DNA from: Chiloscyllium plagiosum
Taxonomy: Eukaryota
Reading direction: 5' to 3'
Assembly (NCBI RefSeq): GCF_004010195.1
Contig: NC_057758.1
Coordinates: 4,632,852 to 4,696,851, forward strand
Length of the DNA stretch: 64,000 nt
Of the stretch, positions 48,501-61,300 are shown piece by piece. Below the pieces are notes generated by a model. It made no database searches and was not told where the DNA came from. It saw only the letters and a list, made by a program, of their open reading frames with translations. Numbering within the stretch: position 1 is the first letter of the stretch; each line of letters opens with the position of its first letter. The position numbers and the translations under genes are program-made.

Positions 48501-51500
48501 AGTGAGACTGAAGGTGTGGAGTGTAAGGGGAGTGTGTTTGACGGTGTGGGAGTGTGTGAGGGAGTGAGTGTGAGTTGTGGGACTGTGTAGGAGAGTGAGC
48601 ATGACGGTGTGGGAGTGTGTAGGAGCGTGAGAGTGACAGTGTGGTTGTCTGTGGGAGAGTGAGCATGACAGTGTGGGAGTGTTTTGGAGAGTGAGCGTGA
48701 CCGTTACAGAGTGTGTAGGCGAGTGAGCGTGACACTGTGAAAGTGTGTAAGAGAGTGAGTGTGACTGTGTGGAAGTTTGTAGGAGAGTATGGGTGACGGT
48801 GTCGGAGTTTGGAAGAGAGTGAGCATGACGGTGTGCCAGTGTGCAGGAGAGTGAGCGTGACGGTGTAGGAGTGTGTGGGGAGAGATGGTGATGTTGTGTG
48901 AGTGTGTAGGAGAGTGAGAGTGATGGTGTGGCAGTGTGCAGGAGAGTGAGCGTGATACAAGGGGAATGTGTAGGAGAGTGTGTGTGACGGTGGGGGAGTG
49001 TGAATAAAAGTGATCGCGATTGTGTGGGAGTGTGCAGCAATGATCATGACGGGACAGGAGTGGAAGTGAAGTGAGATTGACTGTGTGGGAATATGAAAGA
49101 GAATGTGCGTGATGGAGTAAGAGTGTGCGGGGGAGTGAGATTCACGGTGTGGTTGTGTGAAGGAGAATGAGTGTCATGGTGTGGGACTGTGTAGATGTGT
49201 GAGTTTGACGGATTGGGAGTATGTAGGAGAGTGAAACTGACAATGTGGAGGTGAGCAGGGAAGTGAGTGTGGAGGTGTGGGAGGGTGTGGGAGTGTGAGC
49301 GCGACTGTGTGGGAGTGTGTAGGAGAGTGAGCAATATGGTGTGGGAGTGTGCAGGAAAGTGAGTGTGATGGTTGATGAGTGTGTACGGGAATACGCCTGA
49401 TGGTGTGGTTTGTGTAAGAGTGTGAGTGTGTCGGTGTGGAAGTGTGTCCGAGAATGTAGGAGTGTATAGGAGAGTGAGGGTGACGGTGTAGGAGTATGTA
49501 GAAGATTGAACGTCACAGTGTGGGTGTGCTTGGCAGTGGGAGAGTGACGGTGTGGGAGTGTATAGGAGGGTGAGTGTGACGGTGTGGGAGTGCGTAGTAG
49601 AGTGAGTCGGGTGGTTATGGAGTGTGTAGTGTGAAGGTGTGGGTGTGTGTGGGAGAGTGAGCGTGATGGTGCAGCAGTGTGTAAGAGAGTGCTTGTGACA
49701 ATGTGGGAGTGTGTTGGAGAGTGTGCGTGACGGCATCAGAGTTTTGAAAAAAGTGAGGATGGCGGTGTGGGAATGTGTAGGAGAGTAATCGTGACGGTGT
49801 GGAGTGTGTGGGGAGTGAGTGTGATGTTGTGTGAGTGTGTTGGAGAGTGACAGTGACGGTGTGGCAGTGTGCAGGAGAGTGAGTGTGCTGCAGGGGAAGT
49901 GTGTAGGAGATTGCGTGTTACAGTGTGGGAGTGTGCATCAGAGTGAACGTGACGGGGCGGGAGTATGCAGCGGACTCAGATTGATGATGTGGGAGTGAAA
50001 AGGAGAATGAGTGTGATGGTGTGGGACTGTGTAGGAGCGTGAAAGTGACAGTGTGGTTGTATGTGGGAGAGTGAGTGTGACGGTGTGGGAGTGGGCAGGA
50101 GAATGAGCGAGATGGTGTGGGAGTGTGCACCGGAGAGACCCTCATGGTTTTGGATATGTAGGAGAGAGAGGGCGACGAATTGGCAGTGTGTAGAAGAGAC
50201 AGCGTGAAGTTGGGAAGTGAATAGGAGTGTGAGCGTGACGGTGCTGGAGAGTATAGTCGTGTGATCGTGTTGGCGTGGAAGTGAGTAGGAGAGTGTGCGT
50301 GACGGTGGGGGAGTGAGTAGGAGAGTGCATGAGACAGTTTTGCAGCATGTAGGAGAGTGAGTAAGATTTTCTGGGAGTGTGTAGGAGAGTGACTGTGATG
50401 CTGTAGGGAGATGTAGGAGAGCAAGCGTGATGGTGTAAGAGTGCACAGTGGTCTGAGCGTGACGATTTGGTACTGTGCCAGAGAGTTTGACTGATGATGA
50501 GGGAGGGTGGAGGAGATTAAGCTTGAAGTTGTGGGAGTGTGTAGGACAGGGAGCTTGACGATGTGGGAGTGTGTAGGACAGTGAGCCTGACGGTGTGTGA
50601 GTGTTGGCGAAGTGAGAGTGCCGGTGTGTGAATGTGAAGGAGAATGAATGTGATGGTGTGGGACTGTGTAGGAGAGTGAGCGTGACGATGCGGGAGTACG
50701 TAGTAGAGTGAGACTGACGGTGTGGAGAGTTCAGGGCAGTGCGTTTGACGGTGTGGGAGTGTGTGGGGGAGTGAGCGTGACAATGTGTGTGTGTGTGGGA
50801 GAGGGAGCATGACAGTGTGTGAGTGTGTAGTAGAGTGACTGCAACGGTGGGTGTGTGTGCAATAGACGGAGTGTGACGGTTTGTGATTGCGTAGGAGAGT
50901 GTGTGTGACGGTTTCATGGTGTGAGAAGAGTGAATGTGAGGGTGGAAACGTGTGCGGGGTAGTGAGCGTGACAGTGAGTGAATGTGTAGGTGAGTGAGGG
51001 TGACGGTGTAGGAGTGTGTAGAAGCTTGAACCTGACAGAGTGGGTTTGATTGGGGAGGGAACGCTATGGTGTGGGAGTGCACACTGGAGTGATCGTGACG
51101 GTGGGGGAGTGTGTAGGAGAGTGTGTGTGATGGTTTGTGAGTGTGCAGTAGAGTAAGCATGACGGTGAGGGAGTAAATGGGAGAGTGAGCGTGACGGCGG
51201 TGGAGAGTTTAGTCGAGTGAGCGTGACGATGTTGAAGTGAGTAGGAGAGTGTATCTGATGGTGTGTGAGTGCGCAGGAGAGTGACCGTGACAGATTGGAA
51301 CAGTGTGGGAGTGTGAGCGTAACGGTGTTGGAGTGTGTAGCAGAGTGAGCGTGACAGTGTGGTAGTGTGTAGGAGAGTAAGTGTGACTTTGTGGGAGAGT
51401 GCAGGAAAGTGAGCGTGATGGTGTGGGCATGTGTAGGAGAGCATGCATTACAGTGTGGGGAGTGCGCAGTGGAGTGAGCATGAGTTGGAGTGAGTGTGAG

Positions 51501-54500
51501 GATTTGATGGTGTTATCAGAGAGTGTGCCTGACTGTGTGGCAGAGTGGGGGAGATTAAGCTTAACAGTGTGGAAGTGTGTAGGAGAGTGAGGCTGACGTT
51601 GTGGGAGTGTGTCGGAGAGTGTGCGTGACGGTGTGGCAGTGTGTAAGAGAGCGAACAAGACGGTGAGGGACTGTGGAGGACAGAGTTAGTGACGTTGTGG
51701 GGTGGTGCAGGAGACTGTGCGTTAAGATGGAGGAGAGTGTAGAAGAGTGAGAGTGACGGAGTGGGGCTTTGTAGAATAGTGAGCCTGGTAGTGTGGAAGC
51801 GTGTAGGACCGTGAAGGTAACTGTGTGGGCGTTTGTGGGAGAGTGAACATGATGGTGCAGGAGTGTGTAGGAGAGTGTGCGTGATGGTGTGGGCGTGTGT
51901 AGGACAGTGAGCGTGACGTTAGAGCAATGTATAAGTGAGTGAGTGTGACGGTGTGGGACTGTGCAGGAGAGTGTGTTTGACGGTGTCAGAGTTTGGAAGA
52001 GCGTGAGCGTGACAGTGTGGGAGGGTGAAAGAGACTGAGTGTGACGTTGTGTGAGTGTGGGGTTTTTTAAGAGAATAAGTGTTACGTTGCGTGAGTTGTA
52101 GGAGAGTGATAGTAACGGTGTGGCAGTGTGTAGGAGAGTGATGGTGACGGCGTGGGAGTGTGAATGAGAGTGAGGGTGACGTTGTGGAAGTGCGCAGCAG
52201 TGTGACCATGATTGTTTGGGAGTGTGAACAAGAGTGAACGTGATGGAGTAAAAGTGTGCGGTGAAGTGAGTGTGATGGTGTGGGAGAATTTGGGATAGTT
52301 AGCATTACAGGCGTTTGTGAGTAGGAGAGTGAGCGTGCCGTATGGCAGAGGGGGCAGGAGAGTGAGCGTGATGGGGGGCGTGTGCAGGAGTGTGCATGTG
52401 ACGGTCGGGGAATGTGAATGACAGTGAGCGCGATGGTGTGGGACTGTGCAGCAGAGTAATCGTGATGAATGGGAAAATGATGGAGTGAGTGCGAATGTGT
52501 GGGAGGGTGTGGGAGCGTGGGTGTGACAGTAAGGATGTGTGTGGGAGAGTGAGCGTGACTGTGTAGGAGTGAGGAGGTCAGTTAGCGTGACAGTAAAGGT
52601 GTGTGTAGGATAGTGTGCGTGACAGAGTGGTTTGTATTGGAGAGTGTGCGTACCGGTGTGGGAGTGTGTCTGAGACGGAGCGCGACTTTGAGGGAGTGTG
52701 AAGAAGAGTGGGTGTGATGGTGCGTGAGTGTATAGGAGGGGTGAGCGTGTCGGTGTTAGAGTGTATGTGATAGTGAGCGTGATAGTGTAGGAGTGCATCG
52801 AAGAACGATTGTGACAGTGTGGGAGTGTGAGAAGAGTGAACCTGACTGTGGGGGTGTGTGCGGGGGAGTGAGGGTGACGGTGAGGGAGAAGTAGGAGAGT
52901 GAGGGTGTCGGTGGAGTAGTGCCTAAAAGTGTGAACGAGATAGTGTGGGTTTGCGTGGGAGAGGGAGCGTGATGGTGTGCGAGTGTGTAGGAGCGTGAGC
53001 GTGACGGTGTGGGAGTGATTGGGAGAGAAAGTGGGACAGAGTGGCAGTATGTAGGAGCTTGAGCGTGACAATATGTGTGTGTAGGGGACTGAGCAGAACT
53101 GTGTCAGAATATTTAGGAGAGGGTGCGTGATGGTGTGGGAGTTTTAGGAGAATGGGCATGTCAGTGTGGGTGTGTGTCGGAGAGTGAGCTTGTCGGTATA
53201 GGCGTGTGTCGGAGCTGAGCGTGACAGTGTGGGTGTGCATGCGAGAGTGAGTGTAATGGTGTTGTTGAATTTGAGGAGAGTGAGCACGACGGTGGGAGAG
53301 TCAGTAGGAGAGTGGCCATGAAGTTGTGAGAGTGTGTTAGAGAGTGTGCATGACAGTGTGGGCGCGTGTAGGAGATTGAGTGTAACAGCAGAGTGTGTAG
53401 GTGAGTGAGGGTGACGGTGTTGGAGTGTGTAGAAGCGTGAACGTGACAGTGTGTGGGAGAGTGAGCATGATGGTGTGTGAGTGTGCGTTAGAGTGTTCAT
53501 GACGGGAGGGCTGTGTGTAGGTGAGTGAGCTTAATGGTGGCAATGTGTGCGCGAGTAAACATGAAGGTGTGGGAGTGTGTACGAGTGTGAGCGTGACGAT
53601 TGGGGAGTGTGTAGTCGAGTGAGCATGACGGTGTGGGAGTTCATCGAAGAGTGAGCGTGACAGTCTGGGAGTGTGTGGGAGAGAGAGTGTGACAGCGTGG
53701 CAGTGTGTAGGAGAGTGAGCGTGACTCTGTGGGAGTGTGTAGGAGAGCAAGCGTGATGGTGTGGGAGTGTGTGGGAGAGCATGCGTGACTGTGTGGGAAT
53801 GCGCAGAAGATTAAGCGTGACAGTGTGTCAGTATGTTGGAGAGTGAGTGTGACTTTGTGGGACTGTGTAGGCGACTGAGTATGACGGTTTTGGGAGTGTG
53901 TTGGAGAGTGACTTGATGTTGTGGTGTGCGCGAGGGACTGAGCGTGATGATGTTCCGAGAGTGAGCGTGGTAGTGTAGGGTTGTGTAGGAGAGTGAGCAT
54001 GATGGTGTGGGAGTGTGCAGGAGGGTGAGCATTGCGTTTTGGGAGTGTGTAGGAGAGCGAACGTGACAGTGTAGGAGTGTGTCAGAGAGTGGGAGTGACA
54101 TTTGGGGAGTGTGTAGGAGAGTAAGCGTGACTGTGTGGGAATGTGTGGGAGAGTGAGCATGATGGTGTGGAAGCGCATATGAGAGAGAGTGTGACGGTGT
54201 GAACGTGTGTGGGAGAGTAAGCGTGCCCGTGTGGTGAGTGGATAGGAGAGTGCGCCTGACTGTGTGGGAGTGTGTAGTAGAGTGATCATGACGGTGGGGG
54301 AGTGTGAAGGTGAGTGGGGGCAACAGTGTGGGAGTGTGTAGGAATGTTAGCGTGACGGTTAGCTCGTGTGTAGGAGGGTGGGCGTGATGGTGTGTAGAAG
54401 AGTGAGCATGACGTTCTGCGGGGGTGTAGGGGAGAGGGTGTGACAGTGTGTCAGTGTTGAGGAGAGTGAGTAGAAGAGTAAGTGGAGGACTCTTTGGGAA

Positions 54501-54896
54501 AGTGTCGGTGAGTGCGCGTGTCGTTGTGGGATTGTGTAGGACATTAAGCATAATGGTGTGGCAGTGTGTACGAAAGTGAGCATGATGGTGTGGGAAGTGT
54601 AGGAGCGTGACCGTGACGGTGTGGGAGTGTGTTGGAGATTGGGTGACTGTGTGGAAATGCATAGGAGATTAAGCGTGACAGTGTGCCAGTGTGTAGGAGA
54701 GTAAGTATGACTTTGTGGGACTGTGTAGCCGACTGAGTGTGACGGTGTGGGAGTGAGTTGGAGAGTAACCTTGATGGTGTGGAGTGTGCGAGGGAGTGAG
54801 CGTGATGGTGTTAGACTGTGTATGAGTGTGAGCGTGACGATGTAGGATTGTGTAGGAGAGCGAGCGTGATAGTGTGGATGTGTGCAGGAGAGTGAG

Positions 54897-55396
54897 NNNN
54901 NNNNNNNNNNNNNNNNNNNNNNNNNNNNNNNNNNNNNNNNNNNNNNNNNNNNNNNNNNNNNNNNNNNNNNNNNNNNNNNNNNNNNNNNNNNNNNNNNNNN
55001 NNNNNNNNNNNNNNNNNNNNNNNNNNNNNNNNNNNNNNNNNNNNNNNNNNNNNNNNNNNNNNNNNNNNNNNNNNNNNNNNNNNNNNNNNNNNNNNNNNNN
55101 NNNNNNNNNNNNNNNNNNNNNNNNNNNNNNNNNNNNNNNNNNNNNNNNNNNNNNNNNNNNNNNNNNNNNNNNNNNNNNNNNNNNNNNNNNNNNNNNNNNN
55201 NNNNNNNNNNNNNNNNNNNNNNNNNNNNNNNNNNNNNNNNNNNNNNNNNNNNNNNNNNNNNNNNNNNNNNNNNNNNNNNNNNNNNNNNNNNNNNNNNNNN
55301 NNNNNNNNNNNNNNNNNNNNNNNNNNNNNNNNNNNNNNNNNNNNNNNNNNNNNNNNNNNNNNNNNNNNNNNNNNNNNNNNNNNNNNNNNNNNNNNN
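54897..55396. other. Assembly gap (500 N)
   Basis: Run of N. Confidence 1.
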
Positions 55397-58300
55397 GGGT
55401 AGGAGAGTGAGCGTAACGGCATGAAATTGTGCAGCAGAGTGGCCAAGACGGTGGCGGAGTGTGTAGGAAAGTGAACATGACAGTTTGGGAGAGTGTAGAA
55501 GAGTGAGCGTGATGGTTTTGAAAGTGTAGGAGAGAGAACGTGATGGGATGGGAGTGTGTAGGAGAACTGGCGTGACGATGTGGGAGTGTGCAGGGCCGTG
55601 AGTGAGATGGTGTTGGAGTGTGTAGGAGTGTGAGCGTGACTATGCAAAAGTGTGTCAGAGAATGTGCGTGAAAGTGTGGCAGTGTGCAGGAGAGTGAGCG
55701 TAATGGCGTGGGAGTGCGCAGCAGAGTGGCCGTGACGGTGGCAGAGTGGGTAGGAAAGTGAGCGTGACAGTTTGGGAGTGTGTAGCAGAGTGGGCATGAT
55801 GGTTTGGGAAGTGTAAGAGAGTGAGTGCGATGGGATGGGAGTTTGTAGGAGAGCGAGCATGACGGTATTGTAGTGTGCAGGGGTGTGAGTGAGTTGGTGT
55901 TGGAGAATGTGCAAGAGTGAGCGTAACCATGTTGGAGTGTGTAGGAGAGTGAGTGTGACTGCGTGTTGGAGAGTGTGCATGACGGTGGATGTGAATGTAA
56001 GAGATGAAGTGTGAGAGTGTGGCAGTGTGTAAGGGAGTGACTTTGACGTTGTGGCTTTGTGCAGGAGAGTAAGCGTGACGGTGGAGACGTGTGTGTGGAG
56101 TGAGCATGATGGTGGGAGAGTGTGTAGGCAAGTGTGCATGATGGTGTCGGAGATTGAAGAGTTTGCGTGATGGTGTGGGAGAGTAGGAGAGTAAGTGTGA
56201 CGGTGTGGGAGTGTGTAGGAGAGTAAGCGTGACAGTGTTGGAGTGTGGAGGAGAGTGAGAGCAATGGAGTGGGAGTGAGTAGGATAGTGTGCGTGACGGT
56301 GGAGGCGTATGCGGGGAGTGAGCGTCACGCTGTGGGTGTGTATCGGAGAAAGAGCATGTCGGTGGAGGTGTCCGTTGGAGAGTGAGCGCAATGGAGTGGG
56401 ACTGGGTAGGACAGTGTGCGTGACGGTGTCGCAGTACATAGGAGAGTGAGCGTGATGCTTTGGGTGTGCCTAGGAGAGAGACCATGATGGTGTGGAGTTT
56501 GTAGGAGAGTCAGTGTGACGGTGTGGGAGTGTATAGGAGAGTGAACATGACTTTGTGGCAGTATATAGGAGCGTGAGTGCAACAGTGTGTGTTTATGGGA
56601 GAGTGAGCATGATGGTGTCGGAGAATGGAGGAGGTTGAGCGTGATGGTGTGGGAGTGTGCATCAGAATGTACGTAACGGTGGTGGAGTGTGAAGGAGAGT
56701 GAGCGAGATAGACCGCGAGTGTGTAGGAGAGTGAGTATGACGGTTTATTGGACAGTGTGCATGACCGTGGACGAGAATGTAGGAGATCAAGCGTGATAGT
56801 GTGGCAGTGTGTAGGACAGTGAGCGTGAAGGTGGAGATTTGTGTGGGGAGTAAGTGTGTGGTGGGGGAGTGTGTAGAAGAGTGTGCTTGATTGTGTCGGG
56901 GATTGTAGAGTTTGCGTGATGGTGTGGGAGTGTGTAGGAGCGTGCCAGTGACGGTGAAGCAGTGTGTAGGAGAGTGAGCGTGACGGTGTGGGAGCGGGTA
57001 GGAGAGGGAGCGTGATCGTGGAGGCATGTATAGAGAGTGAGAGTGATGGTAGGGAGTGTGTAGGAGGGTGCACTTGATGGTGTCAGGGATTGGAGAGTTT
57101 AAGTGATGGTGTGGGTTTGCGTCGGAGAGTGAGCGTGATGGTGGGCGAGTGCTTAGGAGAGCGAGCATAACGGTGTGGTAGTGAGTAGGGGAGTGAACAT
57201 GTCGGTGTGTGTAGTCGAGTAATGATGACGGTGTGGGAGTCCATAGGAGAGTTAGTGTGGAAGTGTATAGGAGATTAATCGTGACAGTGTGGGAGTGTGT
57301 AGGAGAGTGAGCGTGTTGGTTTGGTAAGTGTAGGAGAGCGAGCGTGACGGGATGGGAGTATGTAGGAGAGCTGACCTGACGGTGTGGGAGTATGCAGGGG
57401 CGTGAGCGAGACGGTGTAGGAGAGTGTAGGATAGTGAGTGTAACGATGCAAGAGTGTATCGGAGAGTGTGCATGACGGTGTGGGAGTGTGTAGGAGAGTG
57501 AGCGTAACGGCGTGGAAGTGCACAGTAGAGTGGCCATGACGTTGGCAGAGTGTGTAGGAAAGTGAACGTGGCAGTTTGGGAGTGTGTGGTAGTGTGAGCG
57601 TGATGGTTTTCAAAGTGTAGGACAGCGAGAGTGACAGGATGGGTGTGTGCAGGAGAACTGGTGTGATGGTGTGGAATTGTGCAGGTGCGTGGAGCGAGAC
57701 GGTGTAGGAGTGTGTAGGAGAGTGAGCGTGGCGACGCAAAAGTGTGTCGGAGAATGTGCGTGACAGTGTGGGAGTGTGCAGGGGAGCGAGTGAGACCGTG
57801 TTGGAGTATGTACGAGAGTGAGCATAACCATGTTGGAATGTGTAGGACAGTGAGTGTGACGGCGTGTTGGAGAGTGTGCGTGACGGTGGACGTGAATTTA
57901 GGAGATCAAGCGTGAGAGTGTGGCATTGTGTTGGAGAGTGAGTGTGACAGTGGAGGCGTGTGTGGGGAGTGAGAGTGACGGTAGGTAAGTGTGTAGAAAA
58001 GTGCACGTGATGGTGTCGGGGGTTGAAGAGTTTGTGTGACGGTGTAGGACTGAATAGGAGAGTGTGCGTGATGGTGGAGGTGTGTGTGGGGAGTGAGCGT
58101 TACGCTGTGGGTCTGTGTAGGAGAGTGAGCGTGACGGGAGTGGTATGCGTAGGAAAGTGAGCGCAATGGAGTGGAACTGTGCATGAGAGTGTGCGTGACA
58201 GTGTCGCAGTGCATAAGAGAGTGTGTGTGATGCTTTGGGAGTGCGACAGACAGTGTGCGTGATGGTGTGGGAGTGTATAGGAGAGTAAGTGTGACGGTGT

Positions 58301-61300
58301 GGGAGTGTATAGGAGAGTGAACATAACTTTATGGTAGTACACAGGAGCGTGAGTGTGACTGTGTATGTATGGGAGAGTGAGCGTGACGGTTTCAGAGAGT
58401 GCAGGAGATTGAGTGCGACGGTGTTTGAGTGCGCATCAGAGTGTGTGTGACAGTGGGAGATTGTGAAGGAGAGTGAGCGAGATAGTGAGTCAGTGTGTAG
58501 GAGAGTGAGTGTGACGCTGTGTCGGAGAGTTTGCATGACGGTGGACGAGCAAGTAGGAGATCAAGCGTGACAGTATGGCAGCATGTAAGAGTGAGTTTGA
58601 CGTTGTGGCATTGTGTAGGATAGTGAGCGTGAAGATGGAGACGTGTGTGGGGAGTGAGTGTGACAGTGAGGGATTGTGTAGGAGAGTACGCTTGGTGGTG
58701 TTGGGAGTGTGTAGGAGCGTGATAGTGATGGTGTGGCAGTTGTAGGAGATTGAGTGTGACGGTGTTGGAGTGTGTAATGGAGTGAGCGTGACGGTGTGCG
58801 AATGCATAGGAGTGTGAGCGTGATGGTAATGTAGTGAGTAGGAGAGTGTGCGTGACCGTGTGATAGTGTGTAGGCAAGTAATGGTGACGGTGTGCGATTT
58901 TGTACGAGAGTGAACGTGGCAGTTTGGCAAGTGCATAACGGCAGGAGATTAATCGTGACGGGGTGGGAGTGTGTAGGGGCGTGAGCGTGACGGTGTAAAT
59001 GTGTGTAGGAGAGTGAGCGTGACGATACGAGAGTGTGTCAGAGAGTGTGCATGACGGTGGGGCAGTGTGCAGAAGAGTGAGTGTAACTTTGTGGGAGTGC
59101 GCAGCAGAGTAGCCATGACGGTGGTGGAGATGGAGTAGAGAAAGTGTGGCGGTTTGGGAGTGTGCAGGAGAGTGAGCGTGATGGTTTTGGAAGTGTAAGA
59201 GAGTGAGTGTGACAGGATGGGAGTGTGTAGGAAAGCGAGTGTGACGGTATGGGAGTGTGCAGGCGAGTGAGTGAGACAGTGTCGGAGTATGTAGTAGAGT
59301 GAGCGTAACTGTGTAGGAATGTGCAGCAGCGTGAGTGAGACAGTGTGGGAGTGTGTATAAGAGTGCGCGTGATGATGCAGGAATGTGTAGGAGAGTGAGA
59401 GTGATGGTGCTGTAGTGTTTAGGAGAGTAAGCGTGACGGTGTGGGAGTGCATAGGAGAGTGAACATGATTCTGTGGGAAAGTTTAGCAGAGTAAGCTTGA
59501 CAGTGTGGCAGTGTGTAGGGGAGTGAGCGTGACGGTGCGCAAGTATGCAGGAGAGTGAGCGTGACTGTGGGCGAATGCGGAGGAGAGTGAGCATGACGGT
59601 GTGGGAGTTAGTAGGAGAGTGTGCATGACTGTGTAGGAGTGTGCAGGAGCGTAAGGTTGACGTTGTGGTAGTGTATAGGAGAGTGACCGAAACGGTAAGG
59701 GAGTGTGTAGGAGAGTGAGCATCACAGTGTGGCAGTGTGCAGGAGAGTGAGCATAACGTTGGGGGAGTGGGTAGGAGAGTGAGAGAGACGATACGGGAGT
59801 GCGCATCAGAGTGTGCAAGACGGTGTGGGATTGTGAAGGAGAGTGAGCGAAATGGTGGGCGAGTGTGTAGGAGAGTGAGTGAGACGGTGTGGAATTGTGA
59901 AGGAGAGTGAGTTTGACGGTGTGTGAGTGTGTAGGAGCTCAAGTGTGACAGTGTGGCAGTGTGTAAGAGAGTGAGTTTGACTTTGTGGCAATGCGTAGGA
60001 GAGTGAGCGTGATGGTGGAGGCGTGTGTTGGGAGTGAGCGTGACAGTGGGGGTGTGTGTCGTTGCGTGTGTGTGACTTTGTGGGAGTATGTAGGAGATGG
60101 AGTGTTAAGTTGTGCAAGTGTACACGAGAGCGAGCGTGACGGTGGGGGAGTGTGCAGGGAGTGAGTGTGACGGTGGGGCAGTTTGCACCAGCTCGAGCAG
60201 GACGTTTTGGGAGTGTGAGAGTTAGTGAGCGGGATGGTGTTGGAGTGTATTGGGACAGTATGCTTGGCATTGTGGAAGTTTGCCGGAGAGAGAGCCGGAC
60301 AGTGTGGGCTTGTGTAGGAGAGTGAGAGTGACGGCGTGTGAGTGTTAGGAGAGTGTGCGTGACAGTGTGGGAAATTGTTGGAGAGTCAGGGCGATGGTGT
60401 GGGAGTGTGCAGGAGAGTGCGTGTGACGGTGTGGGTGTTTGCAGGAGAGAGTGTGTGACCATGGGTGAGTGTGTATGAGAGTGACCTTGACGGTGTGGGA
60501 GTGTGTAGGAGAGTCAGCATGACGGTGTGGGAATTTGAAGGAGATCAAGCGTGACAGTGTGCAGGAGACTATGTGTGATTTTGTGGGAGTGAATAGGAGA
60601 GTAAGCGTGATTGTGTGGGAGGGAGTAAGGGAGTGAACTTGACGGTGAAGGAATGTGTAGGAGAGTGAGCATGACGGTGTTGGAGTGTATAGGAGAATGA
60701 GGGTGATGGCGTGTGAGTGTGTAAGGGAGTGAGCATGACGTTGTGGGAGTGTGTTGGAGAGTGAGCGTGACAGTGAAGGGCTGCATAGGAGAATAAGGGT
60801 GAAGGTGTAAGAGACTGAGCATGACATTGTGGGAGTGTGTAAGAGAGAGAGTGTGACGGTGTGGGAGTGTGTATGAGAGTGAGAGTGACGGGTGTGGCAG
60901 TTTGTAGGAGAGTGAACTTGAAGATGTTGGAGAGTGCGGATGTGTGAGTGCAGCGGTGTGGAAGTGTGTAGGAGAGTAAGGGTCACGGTGGACAAGTGTG
61001 CTGTGGAGTGAGGTTGACGGTGTGCGAACGTGTAAGGGAGGGAGCCTGACGTTGTGGGAGTGTGTAGGAGAGTGAGCGTGACAGTGAGCGGCTGCATAGG
61101 AGAGTGAGTGTGACGGTGTGAGAGTGTGTATGAGGCTGAGCGTGATGGTGTGCGCGTGTGTGGGTGAGTGAGCGTGACGGTGTGGGAGTGCATGGAGAGT
61201 GAGTGTGTCGGTGGTTGAGTTTGTGGGGGAGATAGTTTGATGGTGTTCCAGTGTACGGTGGCGTCAGGGTGACGTTGTAGAAGTGTGCAAGAAAGAGAGC

